Shown: positions 31,168 through 40,719 of the stretch, piece after piece
Layout of the letters: each line of letters starts with the position of its first letter
How positions within the stretch are numbered: position 1 is the first letter of the stretch
Assembly: GCA_963664325.2 (NCBI GenBank)
Contig: CAXXDQ010000007.1
Span: forward strand, 1 to 64,000
From: Desulfomonilia bacterium
GTDB lineage: Bacteria; Desulfobacterota; Desulfomonilia; UBA1062
Length of the DNA stretch: 64,000 nucleotides
Direction: 5' to 3'
Program-made: the position numbers and the translations under genes
The notes under the pieces: model-generated
What the model saw: only the letters and a program-made list of their open reading frames with translations
Told to the model about the DNA's origin: nothing
Database searches by the model: none

Positions 31168-31938
31168 TTATAAGACGTTCATCTTCTTAAGGATGTCCTT
31201 GACAATGTTCAGCGACGTCGACGCCTCGGGCATGCCGGTCAGCGGCTTTCCGCTGAAATCGTAATCCCTGATAAGGTTGTCGTCGCCCAGCCATCCGTAA
31301 ATTTCAAGCCCTGTCCTCTTGCTGATGTCCATGACTTCCGCCTCGTTTCTTGCCCTGTTTATGATAAGGCAGATATCCTTGAAATCGACGGCTTTTTTGT
31401 CCTTCGCGACGGCGGCTATGGTATTGGCCACATTTACTCCCTTGGCCGATGTGTCGGTAACAAGGACAAGACGGTCCACGGTCTTCATCACGCGACGGTT
31501 GATCTGCTCGATACCGGCCTCGCCGTCGATGACTACGATATCGAATTTCCCGGCCAGGTCGCGGATTATGTCCTTGAGCAGGGAGTTCACCCGGCAGAAG
31601 CAACCTTCATCTTCGGGCCGTCCGATAGCCAGCAGGGCGTAGCCTTCCTGTTCCTCGAGGGCTCCGAATACCTCATAATCGAGGCGCTTGAGCGTTTCCT
31701 CATGGTTTTTTTGCGCCTCCCCGTTCTGGATGCCGCTTATTATGTCTTTTCTGATGTCATCTACGGTCCTTCTCACAGTTATGCCCAGGGACATGGCCAG
31801 GCCCGTGGCCGGGTCGGCGTCTATGGCGAGGATTCTCCTGCCGCGGTCCCGGGCGAGTATCTTTATCATGAGCGCCGAGATCGAGGTCTTCCCGACTCCC
31901 CCCTTGCCGCACAGGGCCAGTATTCTTGATTCAGCCAT
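31168..31938 (-). CDS. cooC: CooC/AcsF-type nickel-insertion ATPase
   Basis: GKGGVGKT, DADP, CxC motif EGCFC, DGEAGIEQINR. Confidence 0.85.
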   Translation of the reverse strand: MAESRILALCGKGGVGKTSISALMIKILARDRGRRILAIDADPATGLAMSLGITVRRTVDDIRKDIISGIQNGEAQKNHEETLKRLDYEVFGALEEQEGYALLAIGRPEDEGCFCRVNSLLKDIIRDLAGKFDIVVIDGEAGIEQINRRVMKTVDRLVLVTDTSAKGVNVANTIAAVAKDKKAVDFKDICLIINRARNEAEVMDISKRTGLEIYGWLGDDNLIRDYDFSGKPLTGMPEASTSLNIVKDILKKMNVL

Positions 31939-32668
31939 GGCGGACCTCCTTTGACTTCTTGATAAGCTTCTCGCGCATTGATTTAAGCTCGGTTGCATCG
32001 TCGCACACTGCCCTGTAGTCGCAGCTCTCGCACTCGAAGTCCATCTCGGCGGCCATCTTGTTCATGGCGGCTATGATTTTTTCGGCAGGTGATGTGACCT
32101 CCTTGAGCCTGGCCACATCCGCCGTGCTTGAGGTGCAGTAGATTACCTCCACCGATTTTACAAAGCCCTTTGAACGGAAAAGCTCCATGAGGGCCGAACC
32201 CAGAACCCTGACGGAAAAGCCGTTTTGAAGGGCCTCATTGCTGATCCGGCACCATTCCCGCATGAACTGGGAGACAGCGCGCAGCATGAAGCCCCTGAGG
32301 TCGAGATCGTAGCGCAGGAAATCCATTTCCTTGTGCCTTTCATAGGCGTTGTCCTCGGTGAAGCCCTCAACTCCGGCTATAACCACCTTGCCGAAGGGCA
32401 GGCTCATGCCCGGATTCTCCGGGAAATCCCGCCCGAGAAGGGTTATCATTCCGTCCGTGACCTTAGAGAGGTCGTGTGTCCACAAGAGGCACGACACGGA
32501 GTCCTTTTCCGGACTGCCCAGCTCAAGCCCAGTGTCCTCTTTCAGTACTATATTGCGGCCGCCGCCACCGGGCCACACTGGGGCATGACCCTCGACCCGG
32601 GAACTGCGGGGTTCTGTCCGTGAGACAAAGGTCCGCACAGCTGCGATTGTGTCGCTGAAAAGTTCCAT
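31931..32668 (-). CDS. Stand-alone protein resembling a CO dehydrogenase/acetyl-CoA synthase beta-subunit domain, with C-terminal Cys cluster
   Basis: LELGSP, DGMITLLGRD, SLPFGKVV, GFMLRA..REWCRIS resemble the AcsB/CdhC middle domain; CESCDYRAVC; true start MELFSDT. Confidence 0.65.
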   Translation of the reverse strand: MELFSDTIAAVRTFVSRTEPRSSRVEGHAPVWPGGGGRNIVLKEDTGLELGSPEKDSVSCLLWTHDLSKVTDGMITLLGRDFPENPGMSLPFGKVVIAGVEGFTEDNAYERHKEMDFLRYDLDLRGFMLRAVSQFMREWCRISNEALQNGFSVRVLGSALMELFRSKGFVKSVEVIYCTSSTADVARLKEVTSPAEKIIAAMNKMAAEMDFECESCDYRAVCDDATELKSMREKLIKKSKEVRHG

Positions 32669-32676
32669 GATCCTTT

Positions 32677-33462
32677 CTATATGTTCCTGCCCGGGGATTG
32701 ATGCGCCAGGAGGGCCGCACCCAGGGCACCTATGATCTGCGGGTCCGAATTGATTGGGGTGATATGCACACCGAGGGCTTCCTGCAGGGCCTGGAACATC
32801 CCCCGGTTTTTCGCCACACCGCCGGTCATTGTGATCTCCCTGTCGAGCTCGACCCCGTGAGCAAGCGAGGCCACACGGTGGGCAAGGGCCCTGTGCAGAC
32901 CGCTCACGATGTCCGGAAGTTCTTTGCCGGCATTGATAAGCGAGATGATCTCGGTCTCGGCGAAGACCACGCACTGGTTGGAGATGGCGATAGGATTCTG
33001 TGAACGGGATGATATCTCACCCATGTCCTCGAGCCTTATCCCCATTGCCCCGGCCATCACCTCCAGAAACCTGCCCGTGCCTGATGCGCAGCGGTCGTTG
33101 TAGGCGAAACGGACGACCCTGCCGGTCCCGTCCAGCCGGATGGCCTTGGAATCCTGGCCCCCGATATCGATCACCATGCGCACCTCGGGCATGAGCCATT
33201 GAGCCCCTTTCCCGTGGCAGGTGATCTCGGATTCGACACCGTCTGCAAAGGCGATGGAGTTCCGGCCGTAGCCGGTGCCGATGCAACAGGCGATATCGGC
33301 AAGCGACAAGCCCGCCTTTGCAAGGGTCCTCTCCATGACCTCCCGGGCCGAATCACCGGGCTCTGGCCTTGAGAATATTACCTCTGAAGCGAGGATGTCA
33401 CCGTCCTGCATGATGACCGCCTTGGCGCTTAAAGAGCCGACATCACAGCCCGCTACGAACAT
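32677..33462 (-). CDS. Acyl-CoA dehydratase activase / BcrA-D-like ATPase
   Basis: DVGSLSAK, GTGYGR, DIGGQD, DRCASGTGRF, CVVFAETE. Confidence 0.92.
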   Translation of the reverse strand: MFVAGCDVGSLSAKAVIMQDGDILASEVIFSRPEPGDSAREVMERTLAKAGLSLADIACCIGTGYGRNSIAFADGVESEITCHGKGAQWLMPEVRMVIDIGGQDSKAIRLDGTGRVVRFAYNDRCASGTGRFLEVMAGAMGIRLEDMGEISSRSQNPIAISNQCVVFAETEIISLINAGKELPDIVSGLHRALAHRVASLAHGVELDREITMTGGVAKNRGMFQALQEALGVHITPINSDPQIIGALGAALLAHQSPGRNI

Positions 33463-34244
33463 CCTTTTCCTCCCATCTTCTCTTTGGCGAATACTGCGGC
33501 CCCGAGCGCCCCTATGACCTGGGGGTCCACCCTGAGCCTGCGTATGGACACGTTCAGCTGCTTCTCCAGCGCATTAAGGACCCCGATGTTCTTGGCCACG
33601 CCGCCCGTCATGCAGACATCCTTCTCGATCCCTACGGACTTGGCCAGGATTGCAACCCTGGCCGCCATGGCGTCATTTATGCCGGCCGCCAGGTCGGCCC
33701 TGGGGGTGTTGGTATTGAGATGCATGATTACCTCGGCCTGGGCCCAGGCCGTGCAGGTGGCGGCAAGCGTGACTGGATTCCTTGCCTGGGCCGAGAAATC
33801 ACCCAGCTCCTTGAGACCGAGGCCCAGGAGTTTGGCCATGACCTCGAGGAAGCGGCCCGTGCCCGAGGCGCACTTGTCGTTGGTAAAGAACCTGACGACA
33901 TTGCCTCCTGCATCGAGGCGGGTAGCCTTGCAGTCCTGGCCGCCTATGTCTATGACCGTCCGTATGGATGGCAGCAGCCAATGCGCCCCTTTGGCGTGGC
34001 AGGCAATCTCGGAAAGGGATTTATGCACGAACGGGATGCGCTCCCGGCCGTAACCCGTACCCACGCAGAACCCGATGTCCTGCATTCTCAATCCTGCCGC
34101 GCTCAGGGACATTTCCATCACTTCCGAGGCGGATCTGGCCGGGTCGAATGTTGAAGGAATAAGGGCCTGGCCGATTATGCGCGTGTCGTTCAATATGACC
34201 ACCTTGGTGGTAAGCGAGCCTACATCACACCCTGCGGCGATCAC
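33453..34244 (-). CDS. Acyl-CoA dehydratase activase / BcrA-D-like ATPase
   Basis: DVGSLTTK, GTGYGR, DIGGQD, DKCASGTGRF, variant CTAWAQAE. Confidence 0.92.
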   Translation of the reverse strand: MIAAGCDVGSLTTKVVILNDTRIIGQALIPSTFDPARSASEVMEMSLSAAGLRMQDIGFCVGTGYGRERIPFVHKSLSEIACHAKGAHWLLPSIRTVIDIGGQDCKATRLDAGGNVVRFFTNDKCASGTGRFLEVMAKLLGLGLKELGDFSAQARNPVTLAATCTAWAQAEVIMHLNTNTPRADLAAGINDAMAARVAILAKSVGIEKDVCMTGGVAKNIGVLNALEKQLNVSIRRLRVDPQVIGALGAAVFAKEKMGGKGCS

Positions 34245-35647
34245 TGCTGAATCCCCCGGACATGCATGAACTCGCTGATTTTGTCGATGCAGTGCTCCCA
34301 GGACGCGACGCGGTCATCAAAGGCGTCTGCGAAGAGCAGCATGGTCGGAAGGCCCTCATGCTCGCAGTCCCGCTGGAGCAGTTTGTTGACTCCCCAGCTG
34401 TTGCGGCACCCCATGCTCCCGATATAGACCATGAAGTCAGGCTTCATGATTCTGGCCATGAATAGTAGGTCGTCCCTCCACATGCCCGGGGCGTCGTACG
34501 GTCCCCTGAGCTGTTTGACCATGGGCATGCGTGAGTTGATGTCGGCCATCGAATCGATCATGGTGTTAAGATCCGTCGTGTCGATGTGGTAGGTCTCTTC
34601 CCGGCGGCCTTCTGCATAGTTGATCCCGTCGTGCCAGAAGCTGAATATGAGAGTGGGCATGAGGCTGATATCCTGCGAGTCGATCCAGGCCCAGAACCTT
34701 GCATCCGTGGTATAATGGTCGATGTAGCACATGAGAAGCCTGGCTCGCTCCTTTTTCGATGATGTGCCGGCATAACCCATTTCAGCGTTCTTTCTCACGT
34801 CCCTGAGCATGGATTCGAGTACGGCGGTGTATGATTTGCGGCCCGGCATCGAGAGCCTTCCGGCATAGATGAACAGGTTATAGATGGGCGGCATGGGGCA
34901 GGGCTTGAGCCTTATGAGATCGAATAATTCGATGGTGATCTCGTCCTGCCGCTTCTGTTCTTCGAGAAGTTCTCTCAACCTGTGCTCATTCAGGCGGGAG
35001 CCCGACTGCTCTTCGATAAACGCGATGAGGGCCTTGTAGTCCTTCCGGTGATAGTCGTCGATCCGCTCTCCCGTCAGCCTTGAGGGAAAGTTAAGCTGGA
35101 ACATGGGCAGGTCGAGGTATGAGGAGAGGAACTGGACCGCATTCGCATTGGTGTCGCAGATGCCGGGCGCTCCGCAGATGATGAAATCGGGTTTTTCCGC
35201 AAGGCCCGCCAGATAGGCCCCGAAAGACCCTCTCTGCGCCGAGCAGGAGGTCTCGGTGAACCCCACCTCACAGCAGTAGTCCATGTATTCGGCCGTGCCT
35301 TTACGCAGTGCCAGTGTTCCGAACACGGTCATGATCTCGGCCCATGCGGGGACTACATTGTCAAAGGCGAAGAACAGGTGCTTTGCCGAGACAAAGGTGC
35401 CCAGGCAAAGCTTTTTGCCCTGTTCATGGGCCGTCATGACGTCGGTGAGATACTCCGCCGCCATTTTCATGAAGAGTTTGCTGGTCTCGCCGTGTCGCAG
35501 CAATGTGTCCAGGACGCTGCGGAAGTTCGGTATGACCCGTTTCAGGGATTCATATTCCTTGTCCGTCCCGTCACGGGAGGCTGAAGCGGCACTGATTATA
35601 CTCCACAGCACCCAGTCGTAGTTATATTCACGGGTTTCCTTTTTCAT
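34241..35647 (-). CDS. 2-hydroxyacyl-CoA dehydratase / benzoyl-CoA reductase subunit B-like
   Basis: TSCSAQRG, ICD, MGCR, DAFDDR motifs. Confidence 0.85.
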   Translation of the reverse strand: MKKETREYNYDWVLWSIISAASASRDGTDKEYESLKRVIPNFRSVLDTLLRHGETSKLFMKMAAEYLTDVMTAHEQGKKLCLGTFVSAKHLFFAFDNVVPAWAEIMTVFGTLALRKGTAEYMDYCCEVGFTETSCSAQRGSFGAYLAGLAEKPDFIICGAPGICDTNANAVQFLSSYLDLPMFQLNFPSRLTGERIDDYHRKDYKALIAFIEEQSGSRLNEHRLRELLEEQKRQDEITIELFDLIRLKPCPMPPIYNLFIYAGRLSMPGRKSYTAVLESMLRDVRKNAEMGYAGTSSKKERARLLMCYIDHYTTDARFWAWIDSQDISLMPTLIFSFWHDGINYAEGRREETYHIDTTDLNTMIDSMADINSRMPMVKQLRGPYDAPGMWRDDLLFMARIMKPDFMVYIGSMGCRNSWGVNKLLQRDCEHEGLPTMLLFADAFDDRVASWEHCIDKISEFMHVRGIQQ

Positions 35648-35660
35648 ATTCCCATTCCTT

Positions 35661-35909
35661 TCATACTGATGCCATGCTCAGGACGGCCCCGGATTTTATC
35701 CGCTCTATGTAGAGTTTCGAGCGCTCCTTGAGGATGTTAAGGTCCGTCCTGCGGGCGATGTATTCCAGGGACTCCAGGGCCGAGGCCTGGAAAAGGGTCA
35801 GCGCATCGATTGCGCGCTGGCGTTCGGCCACCATCCTGCCGTCATCCATGGCTATGTCACGCAAAACTTCCCGTGCTATCAATTCCCTGTCGTACTGGCA
35901 CATGCTCAT
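35661..35909 (-). CDS. Small helical hypothetical protein (82 aa)
   Basis: AGGAGG RBS; fills the gap between two dehydratase subunit genes. Confidence 0.7.
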   Translation of the reverse strand: MSMCQYDRELIAREVLRDIAMDDGRMVAERQRAIDALTLFQASALESLEYIARRTDLNILKERSKLYIERIKSGAVLSMASV

Positions 35910-35914
35910 CCTCC

Positions 35915-37048
35915 TTAAGAAATTCGTTCCATGAAAGCATCCACGCGCATTCTGATACGGCCCGTTTCCACCAGAGGGCCGTATTCACGCTCAAGCCTCA
36001 TGCAGGGGATGCCGTCCGCCTCGAAATCTCTCTCCAGTACTCCGTTCTCCGAACCGTGAAGATCGCAGAACCTTACATTCTGGAGGATCAGACCGTCTAC
36101 ATGGGCTTTTTTGACGATGTCACCGATAAAGGCGCGCCGGTTCTTGTAGTATCCGAGCATCCGCGGGCAGATGCTGTTGTTAAGGTAGTGAGAGGCCAGC
36201 GCGTGGACCGGTTCGCCGGTCTCTTCCACGAGCGTTGCATTCAGGCGCGACCCGAAGCATACGGTATCGGCCACCACGATGGCCCCGGCCTCCTCTATCA
36301 CCCTTATGAAATCCAGATCGTCGCTGGCACTGCCTACAAGCATGATGCGTTTCTTTGAGTCCGCTATTGATCGCGCCTTTTCCAATCCGGAAATAATGGT
36401 TTTGAGCATGCGGTTGAAATCCTCACGCGGCATGGCATGACCGGCAATGATTATGGAAAGGGCATCCTCTCCGGTGATGGGCACTTCGAGACGGTATCTG
36501 AGCTCGTCGAGTTTCTTGAGGAGTTTTCTTCCCGTATTGAAGAGTCTGATGGATTTCCTGATGGCGTCGCTCCCGATATTTACCTTGAAATGCCTCTCGA
36601 GTGTGGCGATCATATCTCCGAGTTCGTCCGTATAGAAATCGATGCTGTAGTCAACGGCTTTGTGCGGTACGGAAAAGAATTCGTAGTATTCCGGCAGGGT
36701 GCCGGGGTAGTCGGCTCCCGCCTTTCTCCAGCATTCTTCAAGCCGCCGCATGGAGTCACAGCCGTTGGATATGATGGCGCCGTCCAGGAAATTGTACGCC
36801 CCCTCGCCGGCGAGTTGCAGCATGCATTTGGGGAAGCTGCAGTTCACAGGCCCGAAATATGAATCCCCTATGGACAGAGAAGAGGTTCCTATGCCACGGA
36901 TACGGTAAGGCAACAGACCAGCAGCATGCAGGATTTCCTCCGGTATGAAGCTGCATGTATATCCCACGACCTTCCTGCCTGCATCTTTCCATGACCTTAT
37001 GAATTCGTTATCAAGGGACAGCGCCGCTTCTTTGAGTTTTCCGATCAT
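35915..37048 (-). CDS. 2-hydroxyacyl-CoA dehydratase / benzoyl-CoA reductase subunit C-like
   Basis: GYTCSFIPEEILHAAG, CSFPK, GCDSMRR, RFCDLH, EREY..GRIRMRVDAFME. Confidence 0.9.
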   Translation of the reverse strand: MIGKLKEAALSLDNEFIRSWKDAGRKVVGYTCSFIPEEILHAAGLLPYRIRGIGTSSLSIGDSYFGPVNCSFPKCMLQLAGEGAYNFLDGAIISNGCDSMRRLEECWRKAGADYPGTLPEYYEFFSVPHKAVDYSIDFYTDELGDMIATLERHFKVNIGSDAIRKSIRLFNTGRKLLKKLDELRYRLEVPITGEDALSIIIAGHAMPREDFNRMLKTIISGLEKARSIADSKKRIMLVGSASDDLDFIRVIEEAGAIVVADTVCFGSRLNATLVEETGEPVHALASHYLNNSICPRMLGYYKNRRAFIGDIVKKAHVDGLILQNVRFCDLHGSENGVLERDFEADGIPCMRLEREYGPLVETGRIRMRVDAFMERIS

Positions 37049-38343
37049 AGTTCTTCTCCTGACGAGCGGGCCAGGGCTGCACGAAGAGTTTGCAGGGCCT
37101 CGCCCTGTTCGGGGCTGGTGACACCCGCGTCAGGGCTGATCATCTCGGACAGCCCGCGGATCAGTACCGGCATGATGGCCGGGGCCAGAGGTTTGACGGC
37201 CTGCACCAGGTCGGGAACCATCCATTTCAGGGTTTTTCCGACCTCGTCGGTACTCAGTGAATCCACTACTCCTCCGGCCATGTTGCTCAGGATATCCGGG
37301 CGGGCCTCATGAATCAGGTTGAGGACCCGGCATGCGCTGTTTACAAACTCGGCGACCTCGAACGTATCGAGGTCCGATATGCTCTCGGATACTGCGGAAT
37401 TGAAACCGGCCTGATCGATTTTCTCATATACCCTCAGCCTGCGGGAGCCTGCTTTTAGAGCGGAGGTCTGCACCGAACCTATCGAGGCCAGGCGGGATAA
37501 CGCGAGGCCGGGGTTGTCGGCGAGAGTATCGGAGAAGGCATTACTGATGCTCAACCTGTCTTCCGAGAATATGACGAGCATCTTTTTCACCAGCTCGGGA
37601 TCAATCATGGAAGCGCACTCCCGGAGCAGTTCCGTGAGATAGCTCTGCATGAGTGGCTTGCCGCCCCTGCCGAGGAGGATGCTCCCGGTGTGGAGCCTGC
37701 GTATGAGCTCGCAGGAAGTGCTGATGAGTCTGGCTGTCTCCTTGCCGTTAAGGCCCTTGATAAGCGAAAGCGACATGTCCGCCAGAAGCTCCGGCCCGAT
37801 CGCCCGTTCGATGGGCAGCAGGAACTCGCGTGAGCCTTTTACCGCCGTGTTCATAAGCGCAATGGCTGTTCCCACCAGCGCCCCGATCTTGGCCGGATAT
37901 TTCCAGAGTTCCTTGTTGAAGTTCTCAAGCGCTTTAATTATGTACGGGTCAGATTTTTCCACCATCTCCGAGATTTCGCCCAAATCCAGGTTCTGCAGGA
38001 AGGCCCTTATGGATGCGCCGCTGTCGGGTCCTTTGCCTGGATCGCCCTTGGCATGCGACTCGTTGATGATAACGGCCATTTTTGTGACGAGCCTGGCTAG
38101 ATCGGCCGATATGTCAGCTGGGGGAACGGGCTTTTTGTCCATGTTCTTACGCAATAAGTTCGTAAGAAGCCGCTTGAAGGGGGAAGTCACCTTCTGCTTT
38201 AACGAGCTCGCTCCGGACCAGAAGCCGAGTATGTTTTCAGCCGCAGCCGTAAAGAGCCGGATGGTGCATCTGGCCTGTATGAGCGCGCCCGCAAGACGGC
38301 TGATGATTTCGCTGAGCTGCTCTTGATTATTGCCGATACTCAT
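37045..38343 (-). CDS. Hypothetical all-helical protein
   Basis: 432-aa ORF with AGGAGG RBS; stop overlaps the next start. Confidence 0.75.
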   Translation of the reverse strand: MSIGNNQEQLSEIISRLAGALIQARCTIRLFTAAAENILGFWSGASSLKQKVTSPFKRLLTNLLRKNMDKKPVPPADISADLARLVTKMAVIINESHAKGDPGKGPDSGASIRAFLQNLDLGEISEMVEKSDPYIIKALENFNKELWKYPAKIGALVGTAIALMNTAVKGSREFLLPIERAIGPELLADMSLSLIKGLNGKETARLISTSCELIRRLHTGSILLGRGGKPLMQSYLTELLRECASMIDPELVKKMLVIFSEDRLSISNAFSDTLADNPGLALSRLASIGSVQTSALKAGSRRLRVYEKIDQAGFNSAVSESISDLDTFEVAEFVNSACRVLNLIHEARPDILSNMAGGVVDSLSTDEVGKTLKWMVPDLVQAVKPLAPAIMPVLIRGLSEMISPDAGVTSPEQGEALQTLRAALARSSGEEL

Positions 38344-38392
38344 TCCTGGAAGACCTCCTTTTCTTTCCTGATTCCATTATTCGGATCATTCT

Positions 38393-39010
38393 TCATAAGC
38401 CCAGGCCCTTCAGACGCTTTGCCACCCTACGTTTGAAGAGAGTGCAGGACCAGGCGACAAGGCCCGGCTGCCGGTCAAGGAAAACTTCCGCCAGGTTGAG
38501 CGTGGCCTCGTTTAGGGCATGCCTGTCTAAATCTTCAATCACCGCTGCGGTGAAGTCTCTTATAAGAGCGGGGTCCTGCCTGCATATGTCATTGACTTTG
38601 GTCGTGGCGGCGTTTATCCCCCCGGCGATAACCCCGGGCCCCTTTTCGATAAAGGAGGCCTTCAATTCAGGGGAGGCTTGGATCATATTGCTTATGAGGA
38701 TGGACACGGCGCGGGCGCTGTCTTTCAGTCCCGCCGGGTCAATATCTTTTATGATGCTGGAGATGAAACCTTTTGCGAGTTCAGGCCTGACCTTTTCATT
38801 GATCTCCCCGGCCAGTGTGCCGAGCGCCGCGGCCAGGGAATTGATGCAGGAGGGCAGGGACCCCAGGATGCCGAATACGACCTCGATGTCCTGCCATAAG
38901 ATGGATCTGACAAGGGAACGGGCCGTTTCGGGTGTTATCTCTTTCAGGTGCGTCCTCAGCATGCCCTTGACCAAAGGCTTTTTTATCAATTCCATTATCA
39001 GTCCGCTCAT
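38393..39010 (-). CDS. Hypothetical helical protein (LWQDIE family, paralog 1)
   Basis: Shares KKP..LWQDIE..G..P..N with the adjacent ORF. Confidence 0.75.
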   Translation of the reverse strand: MSGLIMELIKKPLVKGMLRTHLKEITPETARSLVRSILWQDIEVVFGILGSLPSCINSLAAALGTLAGEINEKVRPELAKGFISSIIKDIDPAGLKDSARAVSILISNMIQASPELKASFIEKGPGVIAGGINAATTKVNDICRQDPALIRDFTAAVIEDLDRHALNEATLNLAEVFLDRQPGLVAWSCTLFKRRVAKRLKGLGL

Positions 39011-39417
39011 GGCCGGTCTCCTTCCCCCGCTGCCTCTTGCCATGCCTTTTTGAAGAGAGGGCCCAGGGCCTCGATAACGGGACGGGCGTTCTTAATAGCC
39101 CGGCCCAGGGATTCGGTGTCGATGTCTTTGAGCAGGGAATCCATAAAGCCCTTGAGCAGCTCTATGGAGAACTTCTCGTTTACCTGGATTAACAGTTCGT
39201 CGGCGGCCCTGATTATTGTATTGGCTATAACCGGCATTCCGCCCAGAAGCCCCAGGCTGAACTCTATATCCTGCCAGAGAAAAGTCTTTACCAGTTCGCG
39301 CCCGGCCTGGGGATCGATGTTCCTGAGGGCCTCCCGAACATCATCCTTTAATCCCGGTTTCTTTAATATCTCTGAAAAGATGCTGCCAGCCTCAACCCGG
39401 CTTTGCTCTTCATGCAT
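39007..39417 (-). CDS. Hypothetical helical protein (LWQDIE family, paralog 2)
   Basis: GGAGG RBS before MHEEQ; paralogous to 38393-39010. Confidence 0.75.
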   Translation of the reverse strand: MHEEQSRVEAGSIFSEILKKPGLKDDVREALRNIDPQAGRELVKTFLWQDIEFSLGLLGGMPVIANTIIRAADELLIQVNEKFSIELLKGFMDSLLKDIDTESLGRAIKNARPVIEALGPLFKKAWQEAAGEGDRP

Positions 39418-39442
39418 AACTACCTCCACTCATCCTTCATGG

Positions 39443-40717
39443 TCACAAGCTCGTGCAGTTGAAATAATAGCGCGCCGCTTCCATCTGGCAGAGCTGTTTG
39501 CCGCCCATCCAGAGCTGGATGATCTTGATGTCGCGCCAGTGCTTCTCTATATCCCAGTCGCGGTCGGCGCCGTATGCGCCCAGCACGTCCATGGCGCGGC
39601 CGAAGTTTTCGACCGCCCTGTCCGAGACGAAGTCCTTGATGTTTCGGATCTTGGCGATAAGCTCTTCGGAATATAGCGGAAGGCCGTAGGACTTGTTGCG
39701 CCGGTCGCCGATGCAGGCGGCCTCATAGCCGACGATGCGGCAGATGTCGATGTCACCGGCGATACGGCCGATGACCCCGGCCACGGCGTCGTTCTCCTTG
39801 AGTGGACGGCCGTTGTAGGTGTGCGTGGAAACGAACTCGTAGAGGCGCTCGTAGAGGTTGAGCATGGCGCCGGTCAGGAACCCTATGCTGGCCACCTGGC
39901 CCCAGGGGATGATCTCGGCAAAGGTTTGCGCGTCCAGACCCGGGCCGTGGGCCCTGTAACGAGCCGGGACGCGGACATTGTCAAACCAGATGTCGCTGTT
40001 CTTGTCCGCGGCCATGCCCGCCTTTTCGTATGGGTTGCTTTCGCTGACGCCGGGAAGGTCTGTGGGCACGAAGATGATGGCAAAGTCGTTGATGTCGCTT
40101 GAACCCGGATTGGTAGTGCAGGGAACGCCGAAGAGTTTGGAGACTCCGCCTGAGTTCGTGGGCCAGAGCTTATGGCCGTTGATCACCCATTCGTCCCCCT
40201 CGAGGCGCGCCGTGGTGCGCAGGGTCCTGCCCCGCAGGAGTCCCATGTTTTCAATGTCTGCCCCGCCTTGCGGCTCGGTCATGGTGAGGGCCGAAAAGAC
40301 AGGGTGCCTGGCATTCACATAAAGCGGGGCGAATTCCCGCGCAAGCTGCCAGTTGACATGAGGCTCAACCAGAATGGTGGTCAGGGGCCAGAGTGTCACA
40401 AGAAAGGCCACTGCAATGGACGTGTCCCCGCGGCCGACCTCTTCGCTCATGGAATACACGATCCGGAATACATAGTCCGAATGGCCGAGCCCCCAGCCGC
40501 CCAACTCTTCAGGGAAGAGGGCCTTCTGAAGACCCAGGTCGACCATGAGCTTCTGGAATGCAGGCTCGATGATCTTGTGATCTTTCCAGTCTTCGTCGTA
40601 CCGGCGCCTGAAAGGTATGCAGTCTTTATCCGCCCAGTTGCGGATTACCTTGCGTATATGCTTCTCCATTGGAGATACATGTTCCAGAGAGACCGAAAAT
40701 TCATCAAAGTGTCGCAT
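39443..40717 (-). CDS. Acyl-CoA dehydrogenase family protein
   Basis: MTEPQGGAD, NGHKLWPTN, FDNVRVP, MDVLGAYG..EKHWRD. Confidence 0.9.
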   Translation of the reverse strand: MRHFDEFSVSLEHVSPMEKHIRKVIRNWADKDCIPFRRRYDEDWKDHKIIEPAFQKLMVDLGLQKALFPEELGGWGLGHSDYVFRIVYSMSEEVGRGDTSIAVAFLVTLWPLTTILVEPHVNWQLAREFAPLYVNARHPVFSALTMTEPQGGADIENMGLLRGRTLRTTARLEGDEWVINGHKLWPTNSGGVSKLFGVPCTTNPGSSDINDFAIIFVPTDLPGVSESNPYEKAGMAADKNSDIWFDNVRVPARYRAHGPGLDAQTFAEIIPWGQVASIGFLTGAMLNLYERLYEFVSTHTYNGRPLKENDAVAGVIGRIAGDIDICRIVGYEAACIGDRRNKSYGLPLYSEELIAKIRNIKDFVSDRAVENFGRAMDVLGAYGADRDWDIEKHWRDIKIIQLWMGGKQLCQMEAARYYFNCTSL

Positions 40718-40719
40718 TC

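Noticed and set aside
31168-32668. A Wood-Ljungdahl CODH/ACS cluster
   Set aside because: No cooS/acsA, full-length acsB or corrinoid protein genes in the window
32669-32974. N-terminal extension of ORF 31931-32974
   Set aside because: Overlaps the activase gene in another frame; a real start with RBS is at 32668
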